DNA of 64,000 nucleotides from Macrostomum lignano (Eukaryota): NCBI GenBank assembly GCA_002269645.1, contig NIVC01000440.1, positions 124,001 to 188,000 of the forward strand, read 5' to 3'. Shown piece by piece: positions 42,997 to 55,462 of this stretch (position 1 is its first letter; each line of letters starts with the position of its first letter). The notes under the pieces were generated by a model. It saw only the letters and a program-made list of their open reading frames with translations, ran no database searches and was not told where the DNA came from. The position numbers and the translations under genes were made by a program.

Positions 42997-45900
42997 TTAG
43001 GTATTCGACACCACCCTGGCAACTATTTTGTCCTTGTTTTCGGGTTGATAAGTTGTCGATTTCTTCCCGGTGTTAGGAGCTCCTTTGCAAATTCCGCACA
43101 ATTTCGGGCACCGCTTGCGTCCGCTGGAACTGGCGCAGCGGGTGGTCTTCGAAGATGCCGACAAGCCGGCGCAGGTGGATTCGTCGGCGCATGGAAGGAC
43201 TGCGTCTGGTAATTTAATAACAGCGGTGCGATTTAGCTGAAGAGAAACTGAAGCTCTAGCCCAGGTGTTCTTCGGTAGAGAAACTGAAGCTCTAGCCCAG
43301 GTGTTCTTCGGTAGAGAAATTGAAGCTCTAGCCCAGGTGTTCTTCGGTAGAGAAACTGAAGCTCTAGCCCAGGTGTTCTTCGGTAGAGAAATTGAAGCTC
43401 TAGCCCAGGTGTTCTTCGGTAGAGAAACTGAAGCTCTAGCCCAGGTGTTCTTCGGTAGAGAAATTGAAGCTCTAGCCCAGGTGTTCTTCGGTAGAGAAAC
43501 TGAAGCTCTAGCCCAGGTGTTCTTCGGTAGAGAAACTGAAGCTCTAGCCCAGGTGTTCTTCGGTAGAGAAATTGAAGCTCTAGCCCAGGTGTTCTTCGGT
43601 AGAGAAATTGAAGCTCTATAGCGGCTAAGAGTCTAGCCCAGGTGTCCTTCAATAGAGAAACTGAAGCTCTATAGCGGCTAAGAGTCTAGCCCAGGTGTCC
43701 TTCAATAGAGAAACTGAAGCTCTATAGCGGCTAAGAGTCTAGCCCAGGTGTCCTTCGGTAGAGAAACTGAAGCTCTAGCCCATTCGGTAGACCGAGAAAT
43801 TGAAGCTCTAGTCCATTCGGTAGAGAAACTGAAGCTCTAGCCCATTCGGTAGAGAAACTGAAGCTCTAGCCATTCGGTAGAGAAATTGAAGCTCTAGCCC
43901 ATTCGGTAGAGAAACTGAAGCTCTAGCCCATTCGGTAGAGAAACTGAAGCTCTAGCCCATTCGGTAGAGAAATTGAAGCTCTAGCCCATTCGGTAGAGAA
44001 ACTGAAGCTCTAGCCCAGGTATTCTTCGGTAGAGAAATTGAAGTTCTAGCCCAGGTGTCCTTCAATAGAGAAACTGAAGCTCTAGCCCAGGTGTCCTTCA
44101 ATAGAGAAACTGAAGCTCTAGCCCAGGTGTCCTTCAATAGAGAAACTGAAGCTCTAGCCTAGGTGTCCTTCAATAGAGAAACTGAAGCTCTATAGCGGCT
44201 AAGAGTCTAGCCCAGGTGTCCTTCGGTAGAGAAACTGAAGCTCTAGCGGCTAAGAGTCTAGCCCAGGTGTCCTTCGGTAGAGAAACTGAAGCTCTAGCGG
44301 CTAAGAGTCTAGCCCAGGTGTCCTTCGGTAGAGAAACTGAAGCTCTAGCGGCTAAGAGTCTAGCCCAGGTGTCCTTCGGTAGAGAAACCGAAGCTCTAGC
44401 CCATTCGGTAGAGAAACTGAAGCTCTAGCCCATTCGGTAGAGAAACTAAAGCTCTAGCCCATTCGGTAGAGAAACTAAAGCTCTAGCCCAGGTGTCCTTC
44501 GGTAGAGAAACTAAAGCTCTAGCCCATTCGGTAGAGAAACTAAAGCTCTAGCCCAGGTGTCTTTCGGTAGAGAAACTGAAGCTCTAGCCCATTCGGTAGA
44601 GAAACTGAAGCTCTAGCCCAGGTGTCTTTCGGTAGAGAAACTGAAGCTCTAGCCCAGGTGTCTTTCGGTAGAGAAACTGAAGCTCTAGCCCATTCAGTAG
44701 AGAAACTAAAGCTCTAGTCCATTCGGTAGAGAAACTGAAGCTCTAGCCCATTCAGTAGAGAAACTGAAGCTCTAGCCCATTCGGTAGAGAAACTGAAGCT
44801 CTAGTCCATTCGGTAGAGAAACTGAAGCTCTAGCCCAGGTGTCTTTCGGTAGAGAAACTGAAGCTCTAGTCCATTCGGTAGAGAAATTGAAGCTCTAGCC
44901 CATTCGGTAGAGAAACTGAAGCTTTAACCCATTCGGTAGAGAAATTGAAGCTCTAGCCCATTCGGTAGAGAAACTGAAGCTTTAACCCATTCGGTAGAGA
45001 ATTTGAAGCTCTAGCCCATTCGGTAGAGAAATTGAAGCTCTAGCCCATTCGGTAGAGAAACTGAAGCTCTAGCCCATTCGGTAGAGAAATTGAAGCTCTA
45101 GCCCATTCGGTAGAGAAATTGAAGCTTTAACCCATTCGGTAGAGAATTTGAAGCTCTAGCCCATTCGGTAGAGAAATTGAAGCTCTAGCCCATTCGGTAG
45201 AGAAATTGAAGCTCTAGCCCATTCGGTAGAGAAATTGAAGCTCTAGCCCATTCGGTAGAGAAATTGAAGCTCTAGCCCATTCGGTAGAGAAATTGAAGCT
45301 CTAGTCCAGGTCCTTCGGTAGAGAAACTGAAGCTTTAACCCATTCGGTAGAGAATTTGAAGCTCTAGTCCATTCGGTAGAGAAATTGAAGCTCTAGCCCA
45401 TTCGGTAGAGAAATTGAAGCTCTAGCCCATTCGGTAGAGAAATTGAAGCTCTAGCCCATTCGGTAGAGAAACTGAAGCTCTAGTCCATTCGGTAGAGAAA
45501 CTGAAGCTTTAACCCATTCGGTAGAGAAATTGAAGCTCTAGCGGCTAAGAGTCTAGCCCAGGTCCTTCGGTAGAGAAACCGAAGCTCTAGCCCATTCGGT
45601 AGAGAATTTGAAGCTCTAGCCTATTCGGTAGAGAAATTGAAGCTCTAGCCCAGGTCCTTCGGTAGAGAAACTGAAGCTTTAACCCATTCGGTAGAGAAAT
45701 TGAAGCTCTAGCCTATTCGGTAGAGAAACCGCAGTTCAAGTTCTTTGCCAGGGGATCCTGTGAGTTCTAGTCCTGATTATCCAATAGACGAGTAACTACA
45801 ATCCCAGCTAGAGGATGAATAATACTGGAAAAGCTTTCAGTGTCGTCATTTTTCCTGGAATTATGAGTACTCGTAGCAAAACATGCAGTATTTAGAAAGT

Positions 45901-47320
45901 AGAGAAACAATTACCTTTGCACTGATCCTTTGACTTCCTTGAAGCGCCAGCCGCATGCAAGGCTTCGCAAGCTTCGTTGGAGGCGCAGAGACCGCGCAGG
46001 CAGCGAGGCAACTCAGAGGGACAAGCACTGCATGCAGATCCCACAGTGTAGGCCCTGCTTCTATTGCTGCCTGCACCTGGGCCCAGCTCACCGTAGTTGC
46101 AGACCAACAAGTAGGCAAACTGCCGGCTGTCTCCGCCGCTGCCGCCGCTGCAGTCTCTCAAGTCGCAGCCGACGTACCGAGCGGTACCGGACACCAGCTG
46201 ACGGATTCCTGCGCAGCTGTTGCCATGACGACCGGCTCGTTTACACCGTCCAGTAGCGGCGTCAAACAGCTGTCGCTGGTCCCACCAAGCCGCCGCCAAA
46301 ATCTGCGGATCGGCCAGCCAATCAGCGGCCGTGCTTTGGCCCACGTGACCTTGCAGGCCGGGCACGGCTCGGTTCGCCGGCGAGTCCGTCTGGCCCGCTG
46401 TGCACTGGGCGGCCCAGTCGGAGGCGGTGGCCGCCAGGTGATCGTCCCACTCCTGTTGCAGAGCGGATGTGGGGCTTGTGCGTGGGAGTGTAAGTCATCG
46501 CAGTCGTTAAATAGATCTTTGAATCGAGCTTTCATTGTTTGGCGGGTGATTTCATTTTAGTTCACGAGTTTATGAGTTCATGAGTATGTGAGTGAGTGAG
46601 TGAGTGAGTGAGTGAGTGAGTGAGTGAGTGAGTGAGTGAGTGAGTGAGTGAGTGAGTGAGTGAGTGAGTGAGTGAGTGAGTGAGTGAGTGAGTGAGTGAG
46701 TGAGTGAGTGAGTGAGTGAGTGAGTGAGTGAGTGAGTGAGTGAGTGAGTGAGTGAGTGAGTGAGTGAGTGAGTGAGTGAGTGAGTGAGTGAGTGAGTGAG
46801 TGAGTGAGTGAGTGAGTGAGTGAGTGAGTGAGTGAGTGAGTGAGTGAGTGAGTGAATGCAGTTATCAATGCCTAGGCCTCACCAAAAGAGCCATGTTGGC
46901 AGCCGCTGGCAACTTGTCATCGCGTCCCAGTGCAATCCCTGAGCGTATCCGATTGTGCCAATCCAACAGCTGCTGCTTGATCCGCGCTGTCAGCACCGAC
47001 TTGCCCAGTCGCGGTGGCACCAGCAGGTGCTTATTTCGCGAATCTTTGAACACGTGGGCGGCCTCTCCGGCTTGAGCTTGAGCCAGTGCACTGAAGAGCT
47101 GCGCTGCGATGCCCAAATCGTCGCTCCCGGAGTCGCTGTCAGTACCAGCAGCGCCAACTGCAGCTGACGCCAGTGCCGCCGAAGCCATGGCATTCATCAT
47201 AGCGTGCGGATCCTGCAGTGAGGATTCCGCCGCATCTGCTGAGCCTAAAGCGGTCAGGATCAGACTAGCTAGCAGTAGCACCCAGGCTGAGGTGCTTCCA
47301 GTATCTGAACTGGTTGCCAT
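42997..47320 (-). CDS. CAP/SCP (CRISP/venom-allergen-like) protein with C-terminal ShKT domain, 394 aa; exons 47320-46883, 46452-45915, 43205-42997
   Basis: Signal peptide; LLDWHNRIRS, AANM.L|EWD..LA..A..WA.QC, VGC...C, LVCNY, Y..G.AC..CP; last exon CADESTC...C...CPKLCGIC; GT-AG introns, phases compatible, 1185 nt. Confidence 0.88.
43246..45735. repeat. 2.5-kb composite satellite (36-, 51/53- and 29-bp units sharing TTCGGTAGAGAAAYTGAAGCTCTAG) in CAP gene intron 2
   Basis: Direct inspection of periods. Confidence 0.95.
46589..46855. repeat. (TGAG)n microsatellite, ~67 units, in CAP gene intron 1
   Basis: Direct inspection. Confidence 0.98.
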
Positions 47321-48225
47321 AGCTATAGATTACGTTATGCGTTAATCCAGTGGCAAAAGCGGATCACAGTAATCCGTTAGCAGATTTTGGAGTTATAGCT
47401 GTTAGAAATATTTCTATTTTCGGGTTTTATACAATTTTTATTTTGTTTTGGCAGGTGTTCTTTCTACCGTATTTAATACACCAATTCGATAACTAATAGC
47501 CATATGATTTAATGAGCCCTAGCGCGTATTCCTGTCATACCCGTGTCGTTAGCTTGCTGAGCTAAATTTATTACATATACATGTAGGTAGGTATACTGCA
47601 ATTTCTATCTGATACATGCGGCAGTTGGAAATGCACCTGCAATATAGTAGATCTAGAGAGATCTAGAGAGAATTCCGACGGCTATTGACGTTGATGACAG
47701 ACGTGTATTTACTCTTACATTGCACCGACGTTCAGCCGATGTAGGACGTCGTTATCCGTAATAATAATATCCGCTTCACGTATATACATGTATATTCTCG
47801 ATCCGATTGTCGACGTCATAAAACAATAAAAGCAATAAAATATATTTGAAATAGTCAAAGTATTATTATTATTATTATTAATATTGCCAGAGTTTTTTGA
47901 CATATCCAGGAGAAAACAAAGACAAAATCACGAGTGTAAGACTGCAAACATGATAATTAATTCGACGACTGCGCATTCATTTTTCTACCATGCAAATTCT
48001 GTTTTTGGAATCGGAATTCTAGTTCTGAAACCAATATTTGTGAAAAGCCAAAAAGTACCAACTATTTAACTATTATCAAAATTCAAAAGAATCAATGTGG
48101 AACTTTTCCAAGGACGAGCTAAGAGTTGTTTGTAAAGGAGAATTTGACGACGAAATTATATATTTGCAAAATAATATTCTCGGCCGATTAAATTATACCA
48201 AAATTCGAAAGAACCGTTCTTATGC

Positions 48226-48672
48226 GGTCACTGGTCAGATCGTCATATTCCATTTCGTCATATCGGATGACGAAGTGAACAGAAGCAAAGTAGCTTGAAA
48301 AATAATATGACGAAGTGACCAAATATTTAGTTATGCTGGATACTTCTTCATCAACCAATTAATCTGTTTGAGATTCGAGTTAGTATAAACCATTTTTTAT
48401 TAACTATTAAGCTGCGGCAAGCAGAACCGATAGATCGATCGACAGGTTTTATCAATCGAGATGACAAAATGACTGGGATCATTAGGATTTTCAAGTAAAT
48501 ATGTTTGATTGCCACGTTAATTCACTTGAAGTTGGAACTATTGGTGGAAGACAAAAATGACTCTCTTCAGGTAGTGCATGCTAATTAAGATGACGAAGTG
48601 ACCAAAGTCGAGGTGAGCACCCCAGTAGACACCCAGATGACGAAATGGCAGATGACGAAATGACTAGGAACC
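48226..48672. mobile_element. Older MITE with GG-initiated TIRs (Merlin- or MULE-like)
   Basis: 36-bp imperfect TIR (29/36) built of TTCGTCAT/ATGACGAA motifs; flanks TCTTATGC / TCTTGTGC (7/8 TSD match). Confidence 0.6.
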
Positions 48673-51600
48673 TCTTGTGCTGCATACACGAGTTTCCGCG
48701 ACAAGCTCCAAGGTTTAACAGCACATTAACTCGTTCTTGTGCTCGAATGCACGTGTACCGTGTACAAAATACCATTCAGTATAAAACGAAAACAAAAACC
48801 GCACAAATACTGTGGACTTAAAAGCAACAAAAAGTTATTTAATGTTGTTAAAGACTTGCAAAATTGCAATTAGTTTTGTTTTTGTTGCTTTAAACGATAT
48901 GAAACATAGTCTTTTTGTTTTAACGTAAAACTTTTTTAATGTTAATCCAAAAAAGAAAAAAAAGTAGAATAAAATAATAATTACTATACTATAATACTTA
49001 ATTCTAACACTATGTCACTAACATAGATTTGAGATTTGAGAAGCGGGAGAAGCCTAATTTTTTACTTGAGTCAATTAATAGTACTGGCTACGTTACTTTA
49101 AGTTCAGTATATATTACGATTTAAAATACTTTTAAAGAAAAATTCATGGTTTCTTCTTTAATTATAATTCAACTGACAGTGACGATGTTTACTTAGTAAC
49201 TTACTTAGGCTTAGCTTATTAGGCCTACCTCAAGTCGTATCTCGACCAGGTCTACCCCATGGTCAATAAAAAGAAGCATAAGCAAAAATTTTTTTCACAT
49301 ACAGTAGGCTTACTACCGAAAACTATTGAGCATAGATTCCCAAGATCCAAGCAAGGAAGTAATTGGCAAATTAGGCCTAGGCCTAGGTCCTAAGCATTTA
49401 ATTTATAAGCCCTAAAGTAAACACCTAATAAGACCTACCTTTGGCTTAGCTTTATAAATATAAACTATAACGACTGTATTATGCTGGGGTGTGTGAAATG
49501 GTAGGGCCTATGACAAGCAAAAAGTAAATGTGTATAGGATTACCAGTCCAGGGCAAAAACTATTGTAAATTCGTTTTAAAGACCTACTAAAGGCTACCAA
49601 AATTTTAAACTAAGCAATGCCTTAAGTTAAACAGAATGTAGGCCTAGTAGGCCCTATAAGCCGAAATAGTACAGGCCCATAGTCAGGATCATGTCTAACT
49701 AGGCCTAGCATTGGCACTGTGTAGGCTAGGCCTACATGATTTTTTTAGAAAACAATATATATGCTGATATGCAGTGTTCTTATGTTCTAATCTAAGTAGG
49801 CCTAAATATTTTACTATGATAAATCATATTAAAATTTCGTCAATTTATTTGTAATATAAGCTAAAATTTATGGAGTCATTTTTGTAATATTGCTAATTTT
49901 TTTATTAAATTACTAAAAAATAGCCATATGAAGTCTAAAATATAGATGATAAAAATATTCTAAATGAAAAACAGTTGTAATTTTGTATTGGAAAAGTAAA
50001 AACATATTTAAATTTTTTAAAGTATAATCAAGATTTTTACTTTTATGTTTTTATATTTGATATGCAACTGCATTTTAACATAGTGTATGTGTAGTTTATA
50101 CTATATTCCTCTATTTATTGAAGGTCAGGATTGTATTGTATACTAGTATACAATATTGTTTCCTTAGTTCATTTATTCTAATATATATTGATAGACTTCT
50201 ATTATATTATATAAAAATACTTCAAATCAAAAACTAAAAATTTTGACAAATAGTTATGGCTTACAAAATTTTAAGATTAAAAAAATGATTAATAAATATT
50301 GGTTTTTTATTTCAATTTAGCTATTTTAATTATGTATATATACTAAATATATATATTGATTGGGACTTGGAACTTTGGTCCTACTTACAACTTCACAATC
50401 TTTATATGCCAAGCTATATATTAAAAGGGCATATCAGTCCCCTCTGTACATCAAGTTGTATATCAATTATATACTCAAGGTCCTTCTGTATGCCAGAATT
50501 TTCTAGTATATATGTATACCACCAGAAGTCTAGTGCTACATTGCAACCTTACTATGCACCAAACTATTAATCTAAAAAAACTTTCATACATTATAATTTA
50601 TTTGACAAAATGATATCATCTTGAGTATAGGTTTAAGCTAGGGATTGACAAATTGGCAAATATAGCCTATGATGCCTTCAAGTCTGGCCCACAGTATCCT
50701 TACTATTTATCAATTTAAAAATGGCCTGCAAATCAATTTTATGTTGAAACATTTATCTTTACAAGTAAAATTAGCTTTCACCCTATTATTCCTATATCAG
50801 TTTTACTTTTAATTGTTGGGTTGTTGGTTTTATTTGGTCTAATCATCTAAAATTGTTATAGCCATAATTTGCATATTTTTTGGCTTGCTGCTTCAGCCTA
50901 GTTTTCCAATCTGGCCTACATTGAAAAATATTTGCTAGGGGCCTAATCCCTGGTTTAAGCCTACATAAAAGCTAAGCTAGGCTAGGTCTAGTTTAAATTA
51001 AGCTAAGAATTGTTACATTATAATAATTTATATTTATAGTCTAAGGCATAGTCATTTAGACTTTAGTATTATTATTAATTTAGTATAAAAATTTTATATA
51101 CAAATTTCTATCTTTTCATGATTATGTTATTTATCTAATCTAATAATTAAAAAAATAAAATGATACATTTTTCCTTAGAAATCATCTATGCCTTTGCACA
51201 TTTAGCCTTTTATATTCATTTATAGCTTTTTGAAATTAATTGCAAAAAAATTGGATATCTAAGTAATGTACTAACTGTTATAAAACCATAAGGGGTTGAG
51301 TAAGATTTTTGTATAAAAAGATGCATATATTTGTATTCTATTATATTATCTAAATCTTATTAAGAGGTTTTCAGAAATATTTAGTTCATAAAAAATCTTA
51401 TAATATAAAATTATAAATAATAATGATGTATAAGTGAAAATTGAATGTATTTCAATCTCTCAACATTTACAAATTCAATATATACTTTATATCTATGCCA
51501 TAATAATAAATTTTGTTTTAATAAATACTTTTCAACAATTGCTTTGCTATAAAGTATTCTTTATCCTTTTGAATGGTGTCATATTTGCAAAATATTCGTT

Positions 51601-53191
51601 GTCTTCATTTTTTTGATTGACATTTGTTGTATCCAAATTTGATAGCAATCTAATGTATATGACCTTGTTATTAGGAGGTAATGTTTAAATCACTGCATAA
51701 AAGTGGAGGGAGGGACAGTAATGTCTGCATCCTTTATAGTATATTTCATTGTTTGTAGTATATATACACTTTTGGGCTAAGCCTACTAAATATATCTATA
51801 TAATGTCACTTATTTAGTTTAAAACAAATATAATTTATAGTAGTTAAAGTTTAGTGAAAATTTAAAAAGGAAATAATTAGTTTTTTGACAAATTAAAAGC
51901 AATCTTTATAATCTATATAATTTACCTTGTTTATAAAAAATCTTGGTCATAGTTAAAGGTTATTTGAATCTTTGATTTTTTAAATTTTCATTAACTTTCT
52001 ATAAAACTACTGTTAAAAATTAATAATTTGTTTATATGTAGCAACTTGTTCAAGCTTTCATTGAAGGTGGTATACTATTCTAGTATATATTATTGTATGT
52101 GTTATTCTAGAATATAGGTTATTATGCTTTAAAATTTGTTATTAGACAATGCAATATAAATCAAAGTGAAACAACAAGATTCTTAACTATTTTCTAGTTT
52201 TCTTAGTCTATCTTAGTCTTTTGCCTTATTGTTTAAAAACTTAATCTGCATTTAGAATTGCAAGCAAACATTGCTAAGTCAAATTTATAAAGTTTGCAAG
52301 TATGTATATTTCATTTTATAGATTGTTTAAATCTGAAAATTTAGTCTTTAAGGCAAAGAACCAACAATTGTATAACTATTGACAATAAAATATAAATTAT
52401 TGATAAAAATATGAATTTTAAATTAAATGGTATCCAAGGTTTATATAAATAAAAAACTTAAATATAGTTAATATCATTTCATATACTTTTTTTAGAAAAC
52501 ACAATCATAAAAAGTTGTTGGAGTACTTTAAGTATGTACTAGCAATCGAGACCCCCATTGTGGAGGCAACAAAGAATAAAACAGAATTAAATAAACTATT
52601 TGTTTTCTGACCTCTTAGCCTCAACATCTTGGCCATTCTCCCTATAAGCCTTGACATCTCAGCAATTAAAAGGAATAGTGCAAGGAAGCAAAAAAGAAAT
52701 TGCAAAACAAGACAAAAAGCAAAGCAATGAAATTAAAAACAAGTGAGTTGCTAGTGTTATTATAGCTTGCTGAATGTTTCTTTGAGATATTTATTGCATA
52801 GATTAATAGTGAAAAAAGAATTTATTAAGAGCCTTATAAGGGCCACTCTTAATTTTTTGCTTGCCATTCTACAAGTCATATAAATGTGGTATTATATGAG
52901 CCGTAAGTTATGAATTGCTTTTTGAATTTTAAAGTTAACATTGTAAATTTGAAATCAAGTATAAAATTTTATAGTAATTTTTATAAAATGATACCAGTAA
53001 GAAGATGAATAATTATTAGATGTGAAGGCACAAAATCGCACACAAAATCGCATGCCCAAATGCAATTTTGCTGCCCAAGTCAACTAGGCTACAACTGGGG
53101 GAATTCGTCAATTTTCTATTTCTAAAGCACCCAATTGTTGCTGGCTGTCAATTTCGCTGGGCCTATTGACTCGCGCCAGCTAGCCAAGAAC

Positions 53192-55462
53192 ATGGACAAC
53201 ATTGTGAGCATACCGGTGAACCTGTTCACCTACTCCCGATTCATCGAGTCCAAACAGCTGCTCAGCCTGCAGAATGCCAGCGACGATGACTTCTTATTGT
53301 TGCTATTGGATCACGTTGGCAACTGTGAGCTGCATTCCAATGGCGCCGGCGCGCCAACTTCTGTATCGGCGCCACCACTATCGGCGCTGGATCATTTTAG
53401 TAGCGCCGCTACCGGACAGCAGCAACAGCAGGATTCTTCTGTGCAGCAACAGCAGCCGCAGCCCCAGCATCAGCAACCGCAAGCGCAGCACGACCAACAA
53501 CAGCAGCAATTGTCAAAATCATCTTCATCAGTGAAATCCGAACAGGATTATCAGCGCCCGATGATTAATCCGTTCTCAGATCCGGGCGGAGCCGTGCTGA
53601 CCCCCAGCCCGCCGTCACGGCCGACCCTCGCCTGCCAGATCTGCGGCTACGCCTGCTCTGACGAGAAAGACTTCAACTTGCACCTGACTAATCATATTAG
53701 CCAGTTCAGCCACATCATGTACCATCAGATCCAGTGCGATCGCTGCGGACTGAAGTGTCTGTCCCAGGACCTTCTGCAGCAGCACATGGCCGAGGCTCAC
53801 GGCAGTCCGCCCAGTCACGTTGGCAGCGCCTGCAGCGGCGGCAGCGGCGCCAGCAACAATGGCCACGGAGGCGGCAGCAGCAGCCAAGGCGGCGGCGGCG
53901 GTGGCAGCGGCGAGCGCCGATTCCAATGCGAATTCTGCGGCGCCAGGTTTAAACAGCAGCGCATCCTGCGCCAGCATCTTGAAGGCATGCACGCCGCCGC
54001 CGTGGCCGCTGCCGCCGCCGCTGCCGCCGCTGCTGGCACCGCCAGATCGTCGGATTCGTCGCACACTCCGCCGCAGCTGACGGCTGTCTCAGCTGGCGAT
54101 CATCTCCAGCAGCATCGGCAGCAGCAGCAGCACCATCAGCAGCAGCTGTCTCAGTCCTCAGCTTCGCCAGCCTCCGGCGGACCCGCCGCTGCCTCAAGTG
54201 ACCTGTCGCCGCTGCACCGTTGTCAGAAGTGCGACACCCTGTTTGTTAGCGTCTCGGGCCTTGCCGATCACGTCTGCTCGCAGCAGCCCGGCCAGCAGCA
54301 GCAGCAGCACCATCACCAGCAGCAGCATCACCATCAGCATCCTGGCCAGCATCATCAGCAGCACCATCATCAGCCGCATCATCAATCTTCCACTGTGCAG
54401 CACCACCCGCAGCCGCAGCACATGCACCAGCATCATCATCACATGCAGCAGCATCAGCAGCACCATCATCAGATGATGTCTAGCGGTGGTGGTCAGGGTA
54501 TGGATCACCAGCACCATCAGCAGCAGCACCAACAGCAGCCGCAGCAACACCATCCAAGTCAGCAGCAACAGCAGCAGCAGCAGCAATTAAAGCAGCACGC
54601 CTGCCCGGAATGCAGCAAGCTGTTCCGCACCAAGACTCTGCTAGACCAGCACATGCACCTGCACCGGCCGCCAGCCTATCAGTGCCGCTATTGTCAGCGC
54701 AAATTCCGCTGGCCGCCAGTTTATTATCAGCACCAGCGCCAGTGCAAGCTCAACCCCAATCCCGAGGCCAGGCGTTCCGCTGGCGAGGGTGGCGGTGGCC
54801 GGCGTCGCGGCGGCGGCAGCAACGGAGGCGGCAGCGGCGGCATCAACGGTCAGCCTCAGCAGCAGCAGCTGCACAATCTGCATCACCAGCAGCAGCATCT
54901 TCATCATCAGCAGCAGCAGCAGCTGCCTCCGCTACTGCTTGACAGCAGCGGCGAGAGCAGCCAGTCCTCCGCTCTGGTGGCTGCCGCGGCCGCTGCCGCA
55001 GCTGTTGCGTCTTCGTCTGGCTCAATGAATAACCATCTGGCGCCTCCGCAGCCGCCGCAGCAGCAGCAGCCGCCCTCAATGGGCACCGGCTATGTGTGTC
55101 CTCAGTGCAACAATTCTTACAGCTCCAAGCTGTCCCTCAAGCAGCACATCGAAGGCATGCACAGCGTTGAAGGTCGCTACGAATGCGAAGGCTGCAAGAA
55201 ACGGTTCAGATGGGGCGCGTCGTATTATTGTCACAAGAAGACTTGCTCGGCTTATCGGGCCCTGCAGTCGGACTCGATGCAGCAACAGCAGCAGCCGATG
55301 CACCGGCCACCGCAGCAGCAGCAGCAACAGCAGCTCATGTCTCCTATGCAGCAGGAATCTCCCCAGCACATGCCGCCTTTGCCGCCGCCACCTCCGCCGC
55401 CTCCGCCGCCAGTCTCAGCTGAGGCGTCGCCATTCGAGTCGCAACAATCGACAGAAGCCTGA
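53192..55462 (+). CDS. C2H2/C2HC zinc-finger protein (8 fingers) with poly-Q/H/A/G tracts; an upstream exon is possible
   Basis: CQIC..H..H, CDRC..H...H, CEFC..H...H, CQKC..H.C, CPEC..H...H, CRYC..H...C, CPQC..H...H, CEGC..H...C in a 775-codon frame. Confidence 0.88.
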   Translation: MDNIVSIPVNLFTYSRFIESKQLLSLQNASDDDFLLLLLDHVGNCELHSNGAGAPTSVSAPPLSALDHFSSAATGQQQQQDSSVQQQQPQPQHQQPQAQHDQQQQQLSKSSSSVKSEQDYQRPMINPFSDPGGAVLTPSPPSRPTLACQICGYACSDEKDFNLHLTNHISQFSHIMYHQIQCDRCGLKCLSQDLLQQHMAEAHGSPPSHVGSACSGGSGASNNGHGGGSSSQGGGGGGSGERRFQCEFCGARFKQQRILRQHLEGMHAAAVAAAAAAAAAAGTARSSDSSHTPPQLTAVSAGDHLQQHRQQQQHHQQQLSQSSASPASGGPAAASSDLSPLHRCQKCDTLFVSVSGLADHVCSQQPGQQQQQHHHQQQHHHQHPGQHHQQHHHQPHHQSSTVQHHPQPQHMHQHHHHMQQHQQHHHQMMSSGGGQGMDHQHHQQQHQQQPQQHHPSQQQQQQQQQLKQHACPECSKLFRTKTLLDQHMHLHRPPAYQCRYCQRKFRWPPVYYQHQRQCKLNPNPEARRSAGEGGGGRRRGGGSNGGGSGGINGQPQQQQLHNLHHQQQHLHHQQQQQLPPLLLDSSGESSQSSALVAAAAAAAAVASSSGSMNNHLAPPQPPQQQQPPSMGTGYVCPQCNNSYSSKLSLKQHIEGMHSVEGRYECEGCKKRFRWGASYYCHKKTCSAYRALQSDSMQQQQQPMHRPPQQQQQQQLMSPMQQESPQHMPPLPPPPPPPPPPVSAEASPFESQQSTEA

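Noticed and set aside
43246-45735. CRISPR-like appearance of regular repeats
   Set aside because: Head-to-tail units without unique spacers, no cas genes, eukaryotic context
46990-47030. PRL-G-K amidation-like motif (LVPPRLGK) in the CAP pro-region, reminiscent of pyrokinin peptides
   Set aside because: Single copy, no flanking dibasic site; likely chance
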